From positions 439,790 to 494,722 of the forward strand of contig WELB01000020.1 in the NCBI GenBank assembly GCA_009602725.1: a DNA stretch of 54,933 nucleotides. Direction: 5' to 3'. The stretch comes from Spirogloea muscicola. Taxonomy: Eukaryota. Of this stretch, positions 13,601 to 26,000 are shown piece by piece; position 1 is the stretch's first letter; each line of letters opens with the position of its first letter. Under the pieces are notes generated by a model, which saw only the letters and a list, made by a program, of their open reading frames with translations, was not told where the DNA came from and did not search any database. The translations under genes and the position numbers were made by a program.

Positions 13601-15482
13601 GAAGGAGTTGCTTTGCATGACTTTCTAAGCATAATAGCTACCGAGCCCTACAGATCATCACAACAGATGGACTCTTCAACAAGCACCCAACAATCAGTAT
13701 TTGAACATGTAGATAATGGAGGCACTTCTCCAACTCTTTCTTATCTGCATAGCTTAACTCTCTCTTACTCGAGCGCAGCTTCCGAAGTCCAGGCCCCTAT
13801 CCTGCCAAGTATGCCTTTCTGGGGTTGGCGCCACCTGGGGCGCAGGGGTCTTGGCAAACAGAAAGCAAGGTAGATGTGACATGTGGAGCAGTCTAGCACG
13901 CGTGCTCTTAGCCAAGCTTTGGCCAACAGATCAGATTGGTATGCCTTCTTGCAGCAAGCGTTGCTAGTGTGTAAAGCTACATAAAGCCGCTCTGTGTTCT
14001 TGGACATCTCATCTTTCTCATCTTGAGGTTGTGTTGATGTGTTGCAATAGGGCTACCAATTCTGGTCCCAGGCAGACTCCAATGGCAAGTTTGTGATCAA
14101 CCATGTCAGGCCGGGAACGTACGATTTGTATGCCTGGGTTCCGGGGGTGTACGGCGAGTACAAGCGGGAAGGCCAGAGCATCACGCTCGGCCCGGGCCAG
14201 GCAGTTGACTTTGGGCAGCTCATATTTGAGGCTCCTAGTCAAGGTCCAACTATCTGGGAAATTGGAGTACCTGATCGCTGTTCCTCGAAATTCTATGTAC
14301 CTCCACCTGACCCGCAGCACAACAATCGCCTGTACCTCAACAATTATCCACACAGGTGACTATAAAAGTCTATTAACCCCCCATTCAAGCCCCACCAACT
14401 CTCCAGTGCTCCCCCCCCCTTCCTAATGGCTTTCGTCAGCAGCCGTGTTGAGGCCCAGACAAGGAAGCTGGTATGCCACCTAGATCATGAGGCTTTCGTG
14501 CAGGGCAACATTTTGTCCTCTTAGCATCTGTGTTCTCCTGCCTTCAGACTTGCTATAATAATTTGTTTCTGCATATGTGTGTCTCAGATTCCGGCAACAT
14601 GGCTTGTGGGAGCCCTATTCAAAATTGTTTCCAACACATGACCTTGTCTATACCGTTGGGTCCTCGGACTGGAGGAAGGACTGGTGGTGGGCCCACGTAC
14701 CAAGGTCAGCAGTTGCCAGCTACCACTAGCATCTGAAGTGCAAAGACATACTGCGTTCCCGCGTATGGTTGATAGGTTAGGCATACCTGACTGAATCTGT
14801 TCATGCTGATTAGCCTACTGCCTTTTATACAGGATCGATGCCAAGGGAGCGACCAGCCCAACAACATGGACAATCCAGTTCCATCTGGCCAACGTGCAAT
14901 CTGCTGGCAGCTATGTGCTCCGTCTGGCTTTTGCTGCAGCATCAAATGCTGCTATACAGGTAATATATGCGATGCATGTGCACACGGGATTGCCATTATT
15001 ACAATGTGCGGTAGCAGTGTTTTGAGGAGTAACTCTTACAGAGCAAATAGGAGGGTTGTGATTATTCCTGGTGCATGTGCTTGTCAATGGTAACAGGCAA
15101 GAGACATTTGACCCTTGACCTCTAACTACATTTCCTAGATTCCAAGAGAAGTACCTGTATGTTGTTGCTTTACGCTTGATACTGTGACCCTCGTTGTCTT
15201 GATTTCAAATATGAATTGCTTTGGCAGGTCTTTGTTAACCAACCTGACCGAACAAAGCGACCTACATTCGACACTATGCAGATGGGCAAAGACAACGCCG
15301 TCGCAAGAGCCAGCCACCACGGCTTGTATCAGGCCTTTGATGTAACCTTATCACCTAAAGCACTGAAAGCAGGCGAAAATAATATCTACCTATGCTCAAG
15401 GAAGGCGAGCAACAGTTTTGTTGCTGCCATGTACGACTATATTAGGCTCGAGGCCCCTCCACATCCGGTAGCAACTCATTAG
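10631..15482 (+). CDS. Rhamnogalacturonan lyase (polysaccharide lyase family 4, plant type), multi-exon
   Basis: Exons encode VIIENGIVRLTILKPSGIVSG...NPETNRG-YWDLNW, TIDKR-FLMLRGNTGFYTYAIY, FHYMALADDRQRLMP, IDDKYHYS..NRVHGWIS..GFWVINASDEYRNGGPVKQNLTSHCGP, GYQFW..GTYDLYAWVPGVYGEY, IWEIGVPDR, GKDNAVARASHHG and MYDYIRLEAP*. All are plant PL4 signatures. Confidence 0.93.
11314..11337 (+). repeat. Interstitial plant-type telomeric repeat (CCCTAAA)2 plus a degenerate unit, in an intron
   Basis: CCCTAAACCCTAAACCTTAACCCT. Confidence 0.6.
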
Positions 15483-16539
15483 TGAAATCAGCCACGTCTT
15501 CTCAGTCGCCCTTAAATGACGGTCAGCCTGCCACATGATAGACATCTTGAGATTGATTACTGCATCCCCCTCTGCTCACAAAACTGGCTTGGAGACGAAG
15601 TAAATGCACCCTGTTGCTGCACCATAGTGCAAGGGGTGAAATTTTAGAGCAGGATGTGGCTCCTCTGCTATGGTAGGAAATCGCACTTCTGTCACTGCAG
15701 TAAGGCACATGAGATTGACGCGGCCGCCAGTCAGAAGAGTAAATGCAAGATCAGTGCAAACCTGGTGTGTCAAGTATGAATTCCAGGGTTTATCTCATCG
15801 TGGTGGCCCAAGGAAGTGCTTGGGCAGGGAATTTGGATCGGGCAAATATCATTGACGGCTTACTGACTGTCGACTTGGAAGCTCTGGGGGCTGTGCTCAT
15901 CTTGGTTGATATAGACGTAATTGCATATGAGACGAAGTTCAACGCATCCAACATCTATCATTTATGTATATGATGCTGAGCATCACATGCAGCAGTCCTA
16001 CTACACTTCCTGTCAAGTCTCCTTTGTGTAGCACATAGCGAGTCGCAATCAAGATGTGTCAGGGTGGTGCCAACCTTATGGTAAATCTTTGTCACCCATA
16101 AGCCCAAGCCAGACCTCGAACATGTTCCTGCCTTTTGGCATATGTTATTTCGCCACACGCATGGCGTGGCAAGTTGCCCGTAGCTAGCAATAGCACCCTG
16201 TGCGCCACGCTTTGAATGGCGCGTTGGCATTACTGCAAAGCTAAGGTCAAGCTAAGCACTGCAGGCCACTGCACCGCTGTGGACCACCTCGGCATGTATG
16301 CAGTGCGAAGTGTAAGAGATCGGCTATGAAAGGCCAGTGAGATTTGTAAGGACATAGGTAAGGGTTGTCATGCGTTGTTGTATCGTCGGCTAGAGGGCAG
16401 TCGGGCGGGCCGGAGAGCCTTGAGGCGCCGGACGCGTTGTGTCTGTACCGACTGCCTTGGCCCCCCTTTGCGGGTTGGGCCCTGATGAGATCGGACGGCG
16501 GAGAGACGCCATCTCTCCGCAAGTCCCACCGGAAGTTGG

Positions 16540-16858
16540 AGAGCGACCGCCGGCGAGGGTTCGGAGGGTTCGATAGCGCAGGTGGTACCGGATGCGCTTG
16601 GCCGTCTCGCTGCAGAGGTCTATGGCCCGCGCGCTGCACCTGCGTGCCGGCAGAGCCCTCGCTGCTGCCTCTGGCTCTGGCCAGGGGCCCCACTTCCAGG
16701 AGCCTAGCTTCTCTGACCTGAGGCTGCTTAGCAGGGGTTACTGAGTAATACGTAGCTGCTTCGCTTGTTGTTGTGCTTGTATTTTCTTAGCGCTCCCCTG
16801 ATTCATTCTTATGTGGGCTGGCTTTTCCAGCCCCTATCCTCGATGGGCGAGCCCTCCC
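16540..16858 (+). mobile_element. CRE-like retrotransposon 3' fragment (subfamily C)
   Basis: Encodes YRMRLAVSLQRSMARALHLRAGRALAAASGSGQGPHFQEPSFSDLRLLSRGY* (stop 16742-16744), then a 3' UTR with GGGCTGGCTTTTCCAGCCC. Confidence 0.82.
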
Positions 16859-19800
16859 CTGCGGGTCGCGAGTAGGCCAGCGCTCCAGGTCAGGGTGGCC
16901 AGGGGCCCGAAGCGGGCGGTGAGAGATCCCCGGGCGCGGGTGACCACGCGGGAGAGAGTGAGGCGAGGAGACAGTCTTCACCTGCGCGAGACACCTTTGT
17001 GTGTGGTGATGCTTCTTGCCACATTCTTTGCATGCCTGCTGACCTGGTAGTGAGGCCATGCAGGGCAGGCTGCTGCCAGTCAGGCAGAGCCCTGGTCTGT
17101 AGGTGGAGTCCCAGGTGTGGACGACGCGTGGTGGGCGCTATACGGGCAGGCACGACAGGGTTTCTCTACGTTGGTAAGCCTTAAGCGACAAAGGGGGGCC
17201 GCTCGTTACTTCAGCAGAACGAAGTTGGATGCGGCCAAGATGGGTGCAAGATGTGGCCAAGATGGGTGCAAGATGCAAGCGAGAGGCAGCTGCTAATTCG
17301 CGGCCAGCACCGCAAGAGCTTGGGAGCGTTGGAGAGGCACAGACAGCCGCACCCACTATCACACCGGGAAGAGGCACTCTGAAAGTAGGGAGCCCCAGCC
17401 AGAGACTTCTTCAGCAGAAAGTTTAATTCTGCCTACCGTCACGCCAACATCACACTCATCATTTGACTGAAACCGGTTGAGCAATATGTCTTACATGAAG
17501 CGACCTGGCTGACCATATCTTGGTCAATAGAAAGCTTGTAAGCCGCTTTATTCGCTGCTTAAGTTATTAAGCTGTGCTATCATTCTGCTGTGCTCTGATG
17601 TCGTGATATGCATTGGTATACATGGCACACACAGCAGTAGTCAGGCAGCTGTCAAGTGGGCGGAAATTAGAGATTGACTCATCTAGTCAGGCTTGATGCT
17701 CTACTCTTTATTGACTAGAGAGCCTACAAGATCACTGTAATCTATGCCTCCTGTGGCTCTTGTGCCAACCTGTGGTCCCGGTTTGAGGCTTGATGATTTG
17801 TAGCTGTGGACCAGAACACATTCATGCTGACCTCCGAACAACTACTGGTACTATGCTCTTGATATGGTCCTACACTGTACTCCTTGAACCATGTCGGCTG
17901 CTTTTGCGCCAACACAATTGCAATAAGACTCCTTGAAAGCAGTGGGCAGCACAAAGAAGAGATATGACAGTAATATATTGCATCTTTGAGCAGCAGCGAC
18001 AGCAGTGCTTGATAAAGCAAAAGAGACTGAGTCATTACTGCAGCAGATTACTAAGCTGTATAAGAAAGACGATTATCTGGCATGTAAGACCTCATTCCCT
18101 CTTCTCTAGCTACGATGCAGAAGATATTGAACTCCACTTCGAAGTCGCAAACTCATCTGAGAAAGCAAAGCTGGTCTCTCCTCTACAGACCTCTGAGGAC
18201 GACAAGAGAGCACTCTTTCAAGAGGAGGGTGGATGATGGATGCCAGCAGAAGAATGTGGGACTTGGATGAGCAACACACCGTGCATAAGAGCTCAGTGAA
18301 GGATACAATCAATGTGTAGCAGCACCAACAAGCACATCATTGACGGCGTATTTGCATTGGTGGGTTTCCTGTGACCCACTTGATATAGCAGAAATCTTAC
18401 TCCTTCGGCAGCGGCGCTTATCAACCAGCCGAGCCAGGCGTCCTTAAAGATAGAAAAGCACATATAAGAGAAGGCAGTGGATGTGAGAAGCCAGCCCAAA
18501 CACGGGCATGGACATGTTTCAGAATTCCAGGGAACCCCATTTGATGTTGTTGGCCAGGCTACCGTCCCACGGAACTGGCAGTTGTAGCGATAAGCGCTGG
18601 GGTCGCGAACAGATATGGTCATCAAGAAGAAGGGGTTATAAGATCTGAATACAGCCGTGGACCACTGTAGGGGGACGGCTGAGCAACGTGCCGGTCCTGG
18701 CGCAGACCTGGGCCGTTCTGTAAAGCGTACATAAGCATCATAACCAGGGTGTGAAACAGCTTCGGGTGAAAGTTGACATTGTCGCAAAGTGCATAAGCGT
18801 GAGATTAGACATGAATGACTTCGTCTGAGAAAATCTTGGACTGCAGACACTTACCTTATATGCTTTTCTGGAGGCAGTGCTTTAGAGCAACAGCTGCGGC
18901 GGCCAGCGACAGCTGCAGGTGCCGTGACAGCTTCAGAGGCGTGGACGTGCACTTGTCCAGCTTTCAAGTACGTGTCACCTCTTACTCGTCGCTTGTTGAT
19001 CTTCAACTTTCCAATGAGATGCCTGTCTACCTAAATTTGGAGGACACGCTGTCCAAGGTGGCTCATGATCCATATAAAGACGTGCCAAAGGTCTGCAGTA
19101 ATGAACTGTCTGGAAACTACCTCGGTTACCACGACCCAAAAGGGCCACGGAGAAGTATCCTCTGAGTTCCCAGCTGACCCTTTCCCCTTTCCCTGCACGA
19201 GCACTGTCGGCTCCGCATGGCCTCACCATTGATTCAACCGTTTCGCTTCCCTGCTCGTTGGGCCCGCTTTGGATGCCTAGCCGGGGGCCATTGGTTGCGG
19301 CTACGGTGAGGCTGGGGCGCTTCAAATGTTGCTCAATTGTGGCCCCAAAATGGCTGCATAAAGCACAAAAGAAATCAGGGCTTAGAAGTGCAGCAACGGT
19401 TGGCAAGCCTAAGAATCGCCAGAACAGAAGAAGCTTAGCAGCTGACATGTACTCATGCTCCCCCGTGACGCATCTTTCTTGGCCTTGACGACATCAAGTT
19501 TCCTTGCAAGCAAATAGATGCTCAGAGTCCTCACAAGCTCACATGGTCGTACAAGCTCCTCACGGCATGTCACGGCATATCACGGTCTGCAGTCAAGGTA
19601 TTGCAGGTATCCTCAAGGCGGCTTTGGGGTGGGGGGCGGTTGTGCACGGTAGTCCATGCAGTAAGCGTGGGCATGAGCTTCTGCACCACCTACCTCCTCT
19701 TTGCATGAGCTATGACCTCTGCCACAGCAGCGAGAGCTAGCTCTCCTTGGACGGCGGTGACTGTGAAGGGCCAGCTACGAAAACTGTCAATAGGAGGCCC

Positions 19801-21249
19801 CAATCTGTATGGGTCAAAAGGATAGCACAACAAGTGGTTGCCAAGATGAACTCTTAGCACTTTCTATCATTCGTTTTTTAGCATACAACAGGCATATGTA
19901 TGAAAAAGTCGCAGCAAGGAAGTAAGCCTATCCAAAGGGGGCGAGGGCTGTGAGAAGCCAGCCCGAAAAAGAAATGGACAAGGAGTGGTGCCGCTATAAC
20001 AAAGGCATGGCCAGCAGGCATGGCTTTGCATGCAGATGCAAAGCGAACATCTGAGGATCCTGCAGCAAAAGATTGGGCGCATAGCGGTCCTCGGGCAAGC
20101 TCTTCTACAGGAAGACATTGCCCAAATCCAAGCGCGGCCTGTCCTTCCGCCAGAATATGCTCTCTAACGCCACCAGAAAACTTTGGGTCGGCAGTGGGGG
20201 GATAATGCACGAAAGGGCGGAGCAAGCGAGAAGTCAATCCCAGCTTCGATGGCATGTCGCATCCGAGAGGAAGCTGCGCTTGGAAGCGGACATCATAGCA
20301 TTCCAGAAGGCCGCGGCCCCCTGTACTCCTCCCCCACACGCTCTCCTCCCTACGTTACACTTACTCCTCATCCGCTATCACCATACGCCCAAGTTCCATT
20401 CCCACCTGCTCCAGTACGACCTCCCTATCGACCGCAGAACCCCAGTATCCGCTTTTGGCCGCCGTGGCAGAGTGTCAGCTCCAGGTACGTCACATGAGAA
20501 GACGACATGAAGAAGACATGTCCTTTCAGACCTGTAAGTTCCTTTGGTCTTCCTTTTACTCTGGGCTGGCCTTGGGCTGGCCTCTCATAGCGATTGCCTT
20601 TAAAGCTGAAGAGCTATTTTTTCTGACGAAGCAGCAGCTCTGCGGAAGAGAGAAGGCGCGCGGAGCGATGATATAATATTCAGGCAAATTCAAGCCACTA
20701 CATGTTTTAGGCAGAATCTTGTGCAGGATGAACAAGGCTACGTATAACGGAGCCCTATGCTAAGGTGCAAAGAAGGGGGCGATGGGCTTCAGGCCAGCCC
20801 AAATGAGAAGGCGCGCATGAAATAAAAGGAGATGAATGAAAAAGACGAGGAGTGCTCCTGCCTGGAGGTGGCGGTGACTGGATGGCCAGCCCAAGTTGCT
20901 TGGACAACGTTCAGAGAAGCGCCAAGCTTAATATCTGCTCATCAGACAGATGAGCAGATACTACGGACAGAGGCACGCGACGCAGGAGATAGCGGTAGTA
21001 GGAGAAAGACGCTTCCAGGAGAGGGCTGCCTCGATGGACTCATCCAGCATCTGAGGGAGGATACGTCAGACGAGATGGGAAGCTGGCCGGGAGGAGATGG
21101 GGACGCATGTAAAAGCAGCTTATCTCTTCTGATGGTTCAATGGCCCCTACTTTCACTCTTTTGTCCAATTTTTCGGAGCTGGCCTCTCACAGCCATCGCC
21201 ACCTCTCGGAAGAGCTTTTCTATTATCCCCCCCGGGAAATAATTGAGAA

Positions 21250-21711
21250 GCCCGGCTGCCGATGAGTTCGTCCCCCTGGCTGTGGACGTGCACGGGGCTC
21301 TCGGATCCCACTGGCTCGACCTGTTGGCCAGGCTTGCACGGCGCGCTGTGTCCCGCAGGCGTGGTGAGCCGGCTGACTTCAACGCCGCTGGCTCGTGGGC
21401 TCAGGTGTATCGTATGCGCTTGTCCGTCTCCCTCCAGCGGTCCATGGCCCACGCCTTGCATCTGCGTGCTGGCCGTGCTCTCGCTGCGGCCTCCGGCTTT
21501 CGTCAGGGGGATAGTTTTCCGGCAGCTAGTCTGTCGGATGTGAGGCTCCTTACTCGTAACTACTGAGTGGTCCATCCTCCCCCCTTCTGCCATAGCCTCT
21601 TCAGGCCCCACAGTCGCTGCTTAGCTCGTAGTTTGGCCCCTTCGAAGCTTGTCAATTCTTTTCGGGCTGGCTTCTCACAGCCCTTGCCCCCATTGGGAGA
21701 GCCACTTCTTC
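21250..21711 (+). mobile_element. CRE-like retrotransposon 5'-truncated copy (subfamily B)
   Basis: Near-identical to about 9607-10066, with a TCTATTATC direct repeat at 21219-21227 and 21712-21720. Confidence 0.88.
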
Positions 21712-22980
21712 TCTATTATCAGGGGCCATGGCCGTGAAAGGAGAAGTAAGCCCTTCTAGCAAGATAGAGAAGTGCTCTTCCGAAGGGGGCGAGGGCTGTG
21801 AAACTGCAGCCTTAAGAAAGAAAAACTGATAAAACCAGATTGAAAGTCACGCAAAAACCCTGCGCCGCCCTCCTCAAGGGGAAGGGCCCGCCCAGGGCTG
21901 CGGCACAGCTGCCCGGCATCTTGGGGACGGCATCTCTCCCGCGCAAGGCCCCGCGCCGGACGGGCAGCATCTTCCGCGCCTGGGCCCCTTGCCGAGATGC
22001 CATCCCGGCCAATGAGAGGAGGTTTCGGGGAGAAGTTACCGCCCTGGGGCAACGTGGCGCCTCGCGCCGCGACGCGCGCCGTATCCCGCGGCGGGCATCT
22101 CCGCGCGGGGAGACCGCGGTGCCTCGGCGGCTCCGCGTCCTGCCATCTGGCTGGGCAGCTGGTCCCGCCGCCGTCCTCGCTCCCCATCTCTCTTTCAGTC
22201 TCCCCTCTCAGTCCTTCCCTGTACATTCCTTTGAGTTGGCCTCTCACAGCCATTGCCTTAAATCTGGAAGAGCTGATTCACCGTCCATTCTTTCTTCTGT
22301 GGGCTGGCTTTTCCAGCCCCTGCCCTCGCCCCCTTCGGGAGAGCTTCTTAATCTGAGAGAGCTGCTTCTTCATCTCTTTCAGGGGGATCCTGGCCAAAGA
22401 GACGAAACGAGGGCTTCGTCTCTTTTGGTTGATCTATACATTGTTCTCGCCTGCTTGCAGCCCGTTCTTCTTACTTTCTCACTCCCCCTCTCTCTGCCCT
22501 CTCTTTCCCCAGCTTTTGTTTTGACCCTTGCCCAATCCTGGGAAAAAGCTTACACTTGACTAACGCTGCTTCCTTCCTGGCCTGTCACAGCTTACTTCAA
22601 GAATATCTTGCACACCCGTCGCCCCCTTGTGATTAGGTGTACACCTCCATTGGCGGCCCCGCCCAGTCTTGGCAACACCCACCCCTGCCCAGCCCCGGCG
22701 GCGCGCTAGCAGCCAGCCAGCCCCCCGCCCGGGGCGGCGGCACAGCCGATACGCCGCTTGGGCTCGAAGCGGCGGATCTCGGCCCGCACCGAATTTACAA
22801 AATTTCCTGGGGCTGCTGGCTGCAGAGGGAAGGTGGGCCCGCCATGCTCCCCCGGCTGCGGGGAGGAGGAGAGAGGGAGGAGGGAGGGGGGAAGGCGGCG
22901 CGGAGGAGAGGGAGAGAGGGAGGAGGGAGGAGGTAGGAGGGCGGATGGAGGGGACGGCGGCGGGGAGCGAACGTTGGGTC

Positions 22981-22986
22981 TATAAG
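22981..22986 (+). promoter_or_regulatory. Putative TATA box of the secreted nuclease gene
   Basis: TATAAG in an otherwise GC-rich region about 70 nt upstream of the ATG at 23053. Confidence 0.45.
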
Positions 22987-23052
22987 CTTGAGAGCCCGAC
23001 TGAGCTGCCCAAGTGTCACTTCCACCAGCCCCGGGAAGGCCGAGCGCCAGCC

Positions 23053-26000
23053 ATGGCGCCCAGCCGCCTGCTGCTGGCGGCGCTCGCGCTCGCCGCCCTG
23101 CTCGCGCCCGCCTTCGCCGTCTCCACCACGCTCGTCATCAACGAGATCGATGTCGACCAGGTTACTCGCGCCCGCCGTCTGTGCTGTGTGCCCTCTGGCA
23201 ACCCACAGGGCTTTGTGTCCCGTGATGCTATCGCCGCAGAGGCAGTCGCTGGCAGCTCCGCCTGCACTCAGCACTCAGCAGCAGCAGAAGCCCTTCAGTA
23301 GGGTGGAATTGCTGACTTGGCTGGCTGGCAAAACCTTCCGCTTTCGCAGCCAAGCACTGACTACACGGAGTTTATTGAGCTCGCAAACGCGGGCACAACT
23401 CCCATCCAGTTGAGCGCGTACACATTCAAGTTGATTGACAAGAGCGGCGTCGTGTACAACACTGTTCCACTCCCAAACTTCGTACTGACTCCTGGCCAGT
23501 ACTATGTCATATGCTCCAACAACGCCCAGCACGTCACGCCCTGCAACTTGCCCATCGCAGTAAGGCACACCCACCCACCTGCTAAGATTGAAGCGAGCAC
23601 ATTGCAGTTCGAAAGTGAGACTGGTATATTGGCCTAACACAAAAGTGTATCCAGTGGCATTGTATGCAGTACAGTCTAGGCATGAGCTGCTTTCACAACC
23701 GATGCTTTTGCTTTGTTGCATGGCCAGTTGTGCTTGCAATTGGCATTGACAGCTGTGCATCAGCAGCTCCGTCACCAGCCATGACCTCAGTATGCAGGCT
23801 GAGACCTCGCAAGGCAAAGTTTGTGACTGCAGATAATGACATCGTGGCTCTGTTGATGCAGTCTGATGGGAATGCGGGGGGAACTGATCTAATCCGCAAC
23901 AGCGGAGGTGGTGGTGCTGGCATCTACCTGGTATGGTGCGCAGACATTTTGACCATCCTTGCCCGCCAATGGGAGCACTGACTTGAGGGCTGCAACATCA
24001 TGATGTTCTTCTGGTCTGGTTGTGGGGATTGCAACAGTGGGTGCTAAGTCTGGCTGCTGGATGTGCAGGGCTCTGTGGTCGTAGATTCCATGTCCTACGG
24101 GGGTGCCACAATCTCTGGCGTAACTGAGGGCACCCCTACCGGCTCTGACAGCTCCACCTTGGTTGTCAGTTTCCAGCGCTGCCAAGGTAGCTGGCCTTCT
24201 GGATTAGCTCAGGAGGAGTCCTTCAAATCAGAAGTATTTGTAAATATTGCTGAAGTCAGGACATAGCATTACAGGTCTATTGATACAGAAGAAATCATGC
24301 TCTTCCACGCTGGATAAAAGTTTGAAATGTGTGTTCCCCAAAAAGGTCTTCCACTTCTCTTGGGAGCAAAGGACACTAACGACTACATGCTGTATGTAAA
24401 ATTGTTTGTGTCAACTTCCGCGGCAGATGCAAAGGACACTGACAACAACAGTGCTGACTTCAAACTCTACGCGCCGACTCCTGGGTCTGCGAATCTTTGC
24501 GGAGCTTCACCCTCACCTGTCACCAGCCCGCCTCCCCCGATTGCCGCCAGCCCGCCTACCCCAGTTGCCGCCAGCCCGCCTCCACCTCCGCCCCTGGTCG
24601 CCAGCCCGCCTCCGCCCCCGGTCGCCAGCCCGCCACCCCCGCCTGCTGTTGTCCTGACCAGCATTCATGACATCCAAGGCCAGAACCACACCTCCCCATA
24701 CACAGGCAAAAGTGTGACAACCCAGGGCATCGTCACAGTCACCCTTTCCACAGGCTTCTACCTCCAGAACCCTGAAAGCCAGTATGACAATCTGGATGGC
24801 ACATCGGAAGCAGTATTTGTGTTCACCTCAAACAAAGTTAGGTATGCACCCTCCGTGGGGGACAGGGTCCAAGTAAATGGCAAGATTCAGGAGTACTTCC
24901 CAGGCTCTGGCGGCTTGTCGGTCACTGAGTTGGCTACGGGCACAACCGCCACATCTGGCTCCGTTACAACACTTTCCACAGGGAACACACTGTGAGAAGC
25001 TGATACACTCCTCACCAGCATGAGATTGCCCATGTTTTTGAGAAAAGCTAATGTAGATTGTCCAACACAGGCTACTGGCTCACAAGAACATGTTTTTTCG
25101 GTTGCTTGCAGGCCTTCTCCAATCATATTGGGAGACGGAGGCCGGACGATCCCCACTCAGAACATCAGTGGTCCAGGAGGCTTCTCCGTATATGACCCTG
25201 TCAACCGTGGGATTGACTTCTATGAGAGCCTGGAGGCCATGCTCGTGCAGATTAACAATGCGTGAGTGCTTAAAATTGCCTGCTGCATTTATTGCTCACT
25301 TCTGCTATGTGACAAGTTGTTTCGATACTCCTACTATAAGGTATCTTGTGGCGCATGTTGTCTTTGAGATTCTGAAGCAGAAGTGTAGCGTGGGATGGGA
25401 GTGCGACTTATTGCTGTGCTTTTCCACGGTTGCAGAGTTGTCTCTGGCCCGGCAAACAAGTTTGGTGAATTGCCAGTGCTGGCTGACAATGGCTCAAATG
25501 TGAGCCCTGGTGTTCGTACGCCTCGTGGTGGCATTGTTCTGCAGCCAGACAACTACAACCCTGAGATCATCACTGTGACGGATGCACGCTTCTATAACGC
25601 TGCTGCTGGGAAAGTGTTCCCTCCCTTTAATGTTGGTGACAACTTTGGGGGTCCCATTATTGCCTATGTTGACTACGACTTCGGACAGTACCAGTGAGTG
25701 CTTATATCGAAGCCTAGACCCTGAATTCACATCCTTTGCCCTTGAGGATGCTTTTGATCTCAACCCTATGACTACTTGTTCTAACTGATCTGCTCACGCT
25801 GCAACCAGGTTTCCCATCACCAATGGAGTGCCAACCCGCATTGATAATAACCTGGCCAAGACGGTGGCAACTGCTCCAACATCCACAGAATTCAGCATTG
25901 CCAGCTTCAACATGGAGAACTTTGGAGGCCAAGCTCCGCAGTCCAAATTTGATGCAGTTGCAAACATCGTGGTCAACAACATGCTTTCTCCATATATCAT

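Noticed and set aside
17233..17276. 22-bp tandem duplication (also an 18-bp duplication at ~8201-8238)
   Set aside because: These are two-copy local slippage duplications with no sign of function.
17740..19170. Possible decayed gene or transposon fragments (e.g. YDAEDIELHFEVANSSEKAKL, EMPVYLNLEDTLSKVAHDPY)
   Set aside because: Composition looks coding-like but there are many stops and no recognisable family motif. A tBLASTx or HMM search would be needed.
19940..19970. Hammerhead or HDV ribozyme in the hairpin (CTGTGA...GAAA on the antisense strand)
   Set aside because: The CUGAUGA core is incomplete and not conserved across copies, and I could not build the HDV nested pseudoknot.
20118..20510. 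130-aa ORF MPKSKRGLSFRQ...
   Set aside because: No recognisable domain or splice support, and it lies among repeat relics.
21840..22200. CpG-rich stretch with a 239-aa ORF
   Set aside because: The Arg/Ala/Pro-rich translation is typical of GC-rich noncoding DNA and has no motif.
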